Part shown: positions 22,951-24,000 of the stretch, in pieces
Numbering within the stretch: the stretch's first letter is position 1
Layout: every line of letters begins with the position of its first letter
Assembly: GCF_000442645.1 (NCBI RefSeq)
Contig: NC_021915.1
Span: 855,799 to 879,798 of the forward strand
Source: Corynebacterium maris DSM 45190
GTDB taxonomy: Bacteria; Actinomycetota; Actinomycetes; Mycobacteriales; Mycobacteriaceae
DNA length: 24,000 nt
Direction of reading: 5' to 3'
Program-made: the position numbers and the translations under genes
Notes under the pieces: model-generated
What the model was told of the DNA's origin: nothing
Databases searched by the model: none
Seen by the model: only the letters and a program-made list of their open reading frames with translations

Positions 22951-24000
22951 ATGACTGAGACCAACAACGTTCTTGTGTGCGTCGCGTGGCCGTACGCCAA
23001 CGGCCCCCGCCACATCGGCCATGTCGCCGGATTCGGCGTCCCTTCGGATGTTTTCGCCCGTTATCAGCGAATGTCCGGCGCGAACGTCCTCATGGTCTCC
23101 GGCACCGACGAGCACGGCACCCCGCTGCTGGTCCAGGCGGACAAAGAAGGCGTCACCGTCCAGGACCTGGCGGACCGCTACAACCGTCAGATCGTCGAGG
23201 ACCTCGCGGGATTGGGCCTGTCCTACGACCTGTTCACCCGCACCACCACCCGCAACCACTACGCCGTGGTCCAAGAGCTGTTCACCGGCCTGTACGAGAA
23301 CGGGTACATGATCAAGGAGACCACCCTCGGCGCGGTGTCTCCGAGCACGGGGCGCACCCTGCCGGACCGCTACATCGAGGGCACCTGCCCGATCTGCGGC
23401 GCCACCGATGCCCGCGGCGACCAGTGCGACGACTGCGGCAACCAGCTCGACCCCTCCGAACTGATCGACCCGCGCTCCAAGATCGACGGGGAAGCCCCGA
23501 AGTTCGTCGAGACGGAACACTTCCTGCTCGACCTGCCGTCGCTGGCCCAGGCGCTGCGCGAATGGCTGGAGGCCCGTCAGGACTGGCGCCCCAACGTCCT
23601 GCAGTTCTCCCTGAACCTGCTCGACGACATGCGCCCGCGCGCCATGACCCGCGACATCGACTGGGGCGTGCCCGTCCCGGTCGACGGCTGGCAGGACAAC
23701 AACGCCAAGAAGCTCTACGTGTGGTTCGACGCCGTCATCGGCTATCTCTCCGCCTCCATCGAGTGGGCGCACCGCACCGGCGACGACGACGCCTGGAAGA
23801 CCTGGTGGCAGGACCCGGCCACCCAGTCCTTCTACTTCATGGGCAAGGACAACATCACCTTCCACTCCCAGATCTGGCCGGCGGAACTGCTCGGTTACGC
23901 GGGCAAGGGGACCAAGGGCGGCAAGGCCCACGAATACGGCGACCTGAACTTGCCCACGGAGGTCGTCTCCTCGGAGTTCCTGACGATGTCCGGCTCGAAG
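22951..24000 (+). CDS. metG: Methionine--tRNA ligase, with its 3' end beyond the window (open-ended, so absent from the ORF track)
   Basis: Hand translation from ATG 22951 gives [58 protein letters not shown].... It carries the HIGH motif and the zinc knuckles CPICG...CDDCG, and runs ...[13 protein letters not shown]...[16 protein letters not shown]...EFLTMSGSK. The frame is open to nt 24000. The alternative in-frame start is ATG 22939. Confidence 0.9.
   Translation, partial: MTETNNVLVCVAWPYANGPRHIGHVAGFGVPSDVFARYQRMSGANVLMVSGTDEHGTPLLVQADKEGVTVQDLADRYNRQIVEDLAGLGLSYDLFTRTTTRNHYAVVQELFTGLYENGYMIKETTLGAVSPSTGRTLPDRYIEGTCPICGATDARGDQCDDCGNQLDPSELIDPRSKIDGEAPKFVETEHFLLDLPSLAQALREWLEARQDWRPNVLQFSLNLLDDMRPRAMTRDIDWGVPVPVDGWQDNNAKKLYVWFDAVIGYLSASIEWAHRTGDDDAWKTWWQDPATQSFYFMGKDNITFHSQIWPAELLGYAGKGTKGGKAHEYGDLNLPTEVVSSEFLTMSGSK

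Noticed and set aside
20980-23931. Minus-strand ORFs of 637 aa (20980-22893) and 335 aa (22924-23931), antisense to betP and metG
   Set aside because: These are shadow ORFs. The plus-strand frames carry the BCCT signature and the MetRS HIGH and zinc-knuckle motifs.

Overview
This is a high-GC actinobacterial chromosome segment; third codon positions are overwhelmingly G/C. All family calls were made by eye from motifs and recalled synteny, since no BLAST, HMM or folding could be run. The gene order matches the conserved Mycobacteriales core region. In M. tuberculosis, as I recall it, that region runs perM-purN-purH, then rpmF-mprA-mprB-pepD-moaB2-mscL, then Rv0990c to Rv0996, then pmt-rsmI and metG. 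The pmt-rsmI-betP-metG order also matches what I recall for Corynebacterium glutamicum, so the source is most likely a Corynebacterium. I call 30 protein-coding genes (two truncated by the window edges, three below the ORF-track size cut-off or open-ended and found by hand), one tRNA-Ala(CGC), several intrinsic terminators and one perfect coding tandem repeat. I saw no transposase, integrase, phage, CRISPR, toxin-antitoxin or defence genes and no compositional island, so this is housekeeping DNA rather than an accessory region. The most notable content is the galU / moeA-like / rimJ / acidic three-TM membrane protein cluster. I interpret it as the gephyrin-like Glp and GlpR divisome module reported only recently in C. 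glutamicum, which a routine annotation would label as molybdenum-cofactor biosynthesis plus a hypothetical protein. A MogA/MoaB-like gene (the other half of gephyrin) lies about 3 kb away inside the envelope-stress operon, and no other Moco genes are in the window. Secondary observations follow. All six zinc-ribbon-or-not ribosomal proteins are clustered and lack Zn-binding Cys pairs. A 374-bp structured divergent leader region separates them. An MprB-like kinase has no extracytoplasmic domain. A DoxX gene is coupled to an orphan membrane ZAS anti-sigma-like gene. A Tag glycosylase lacks three of four zinc ligands, and its 3' end runs antisense into the tRNA. A PerM-like protein carries a poly-acidic tail containing a 3 x 36-bp perfect repeat.
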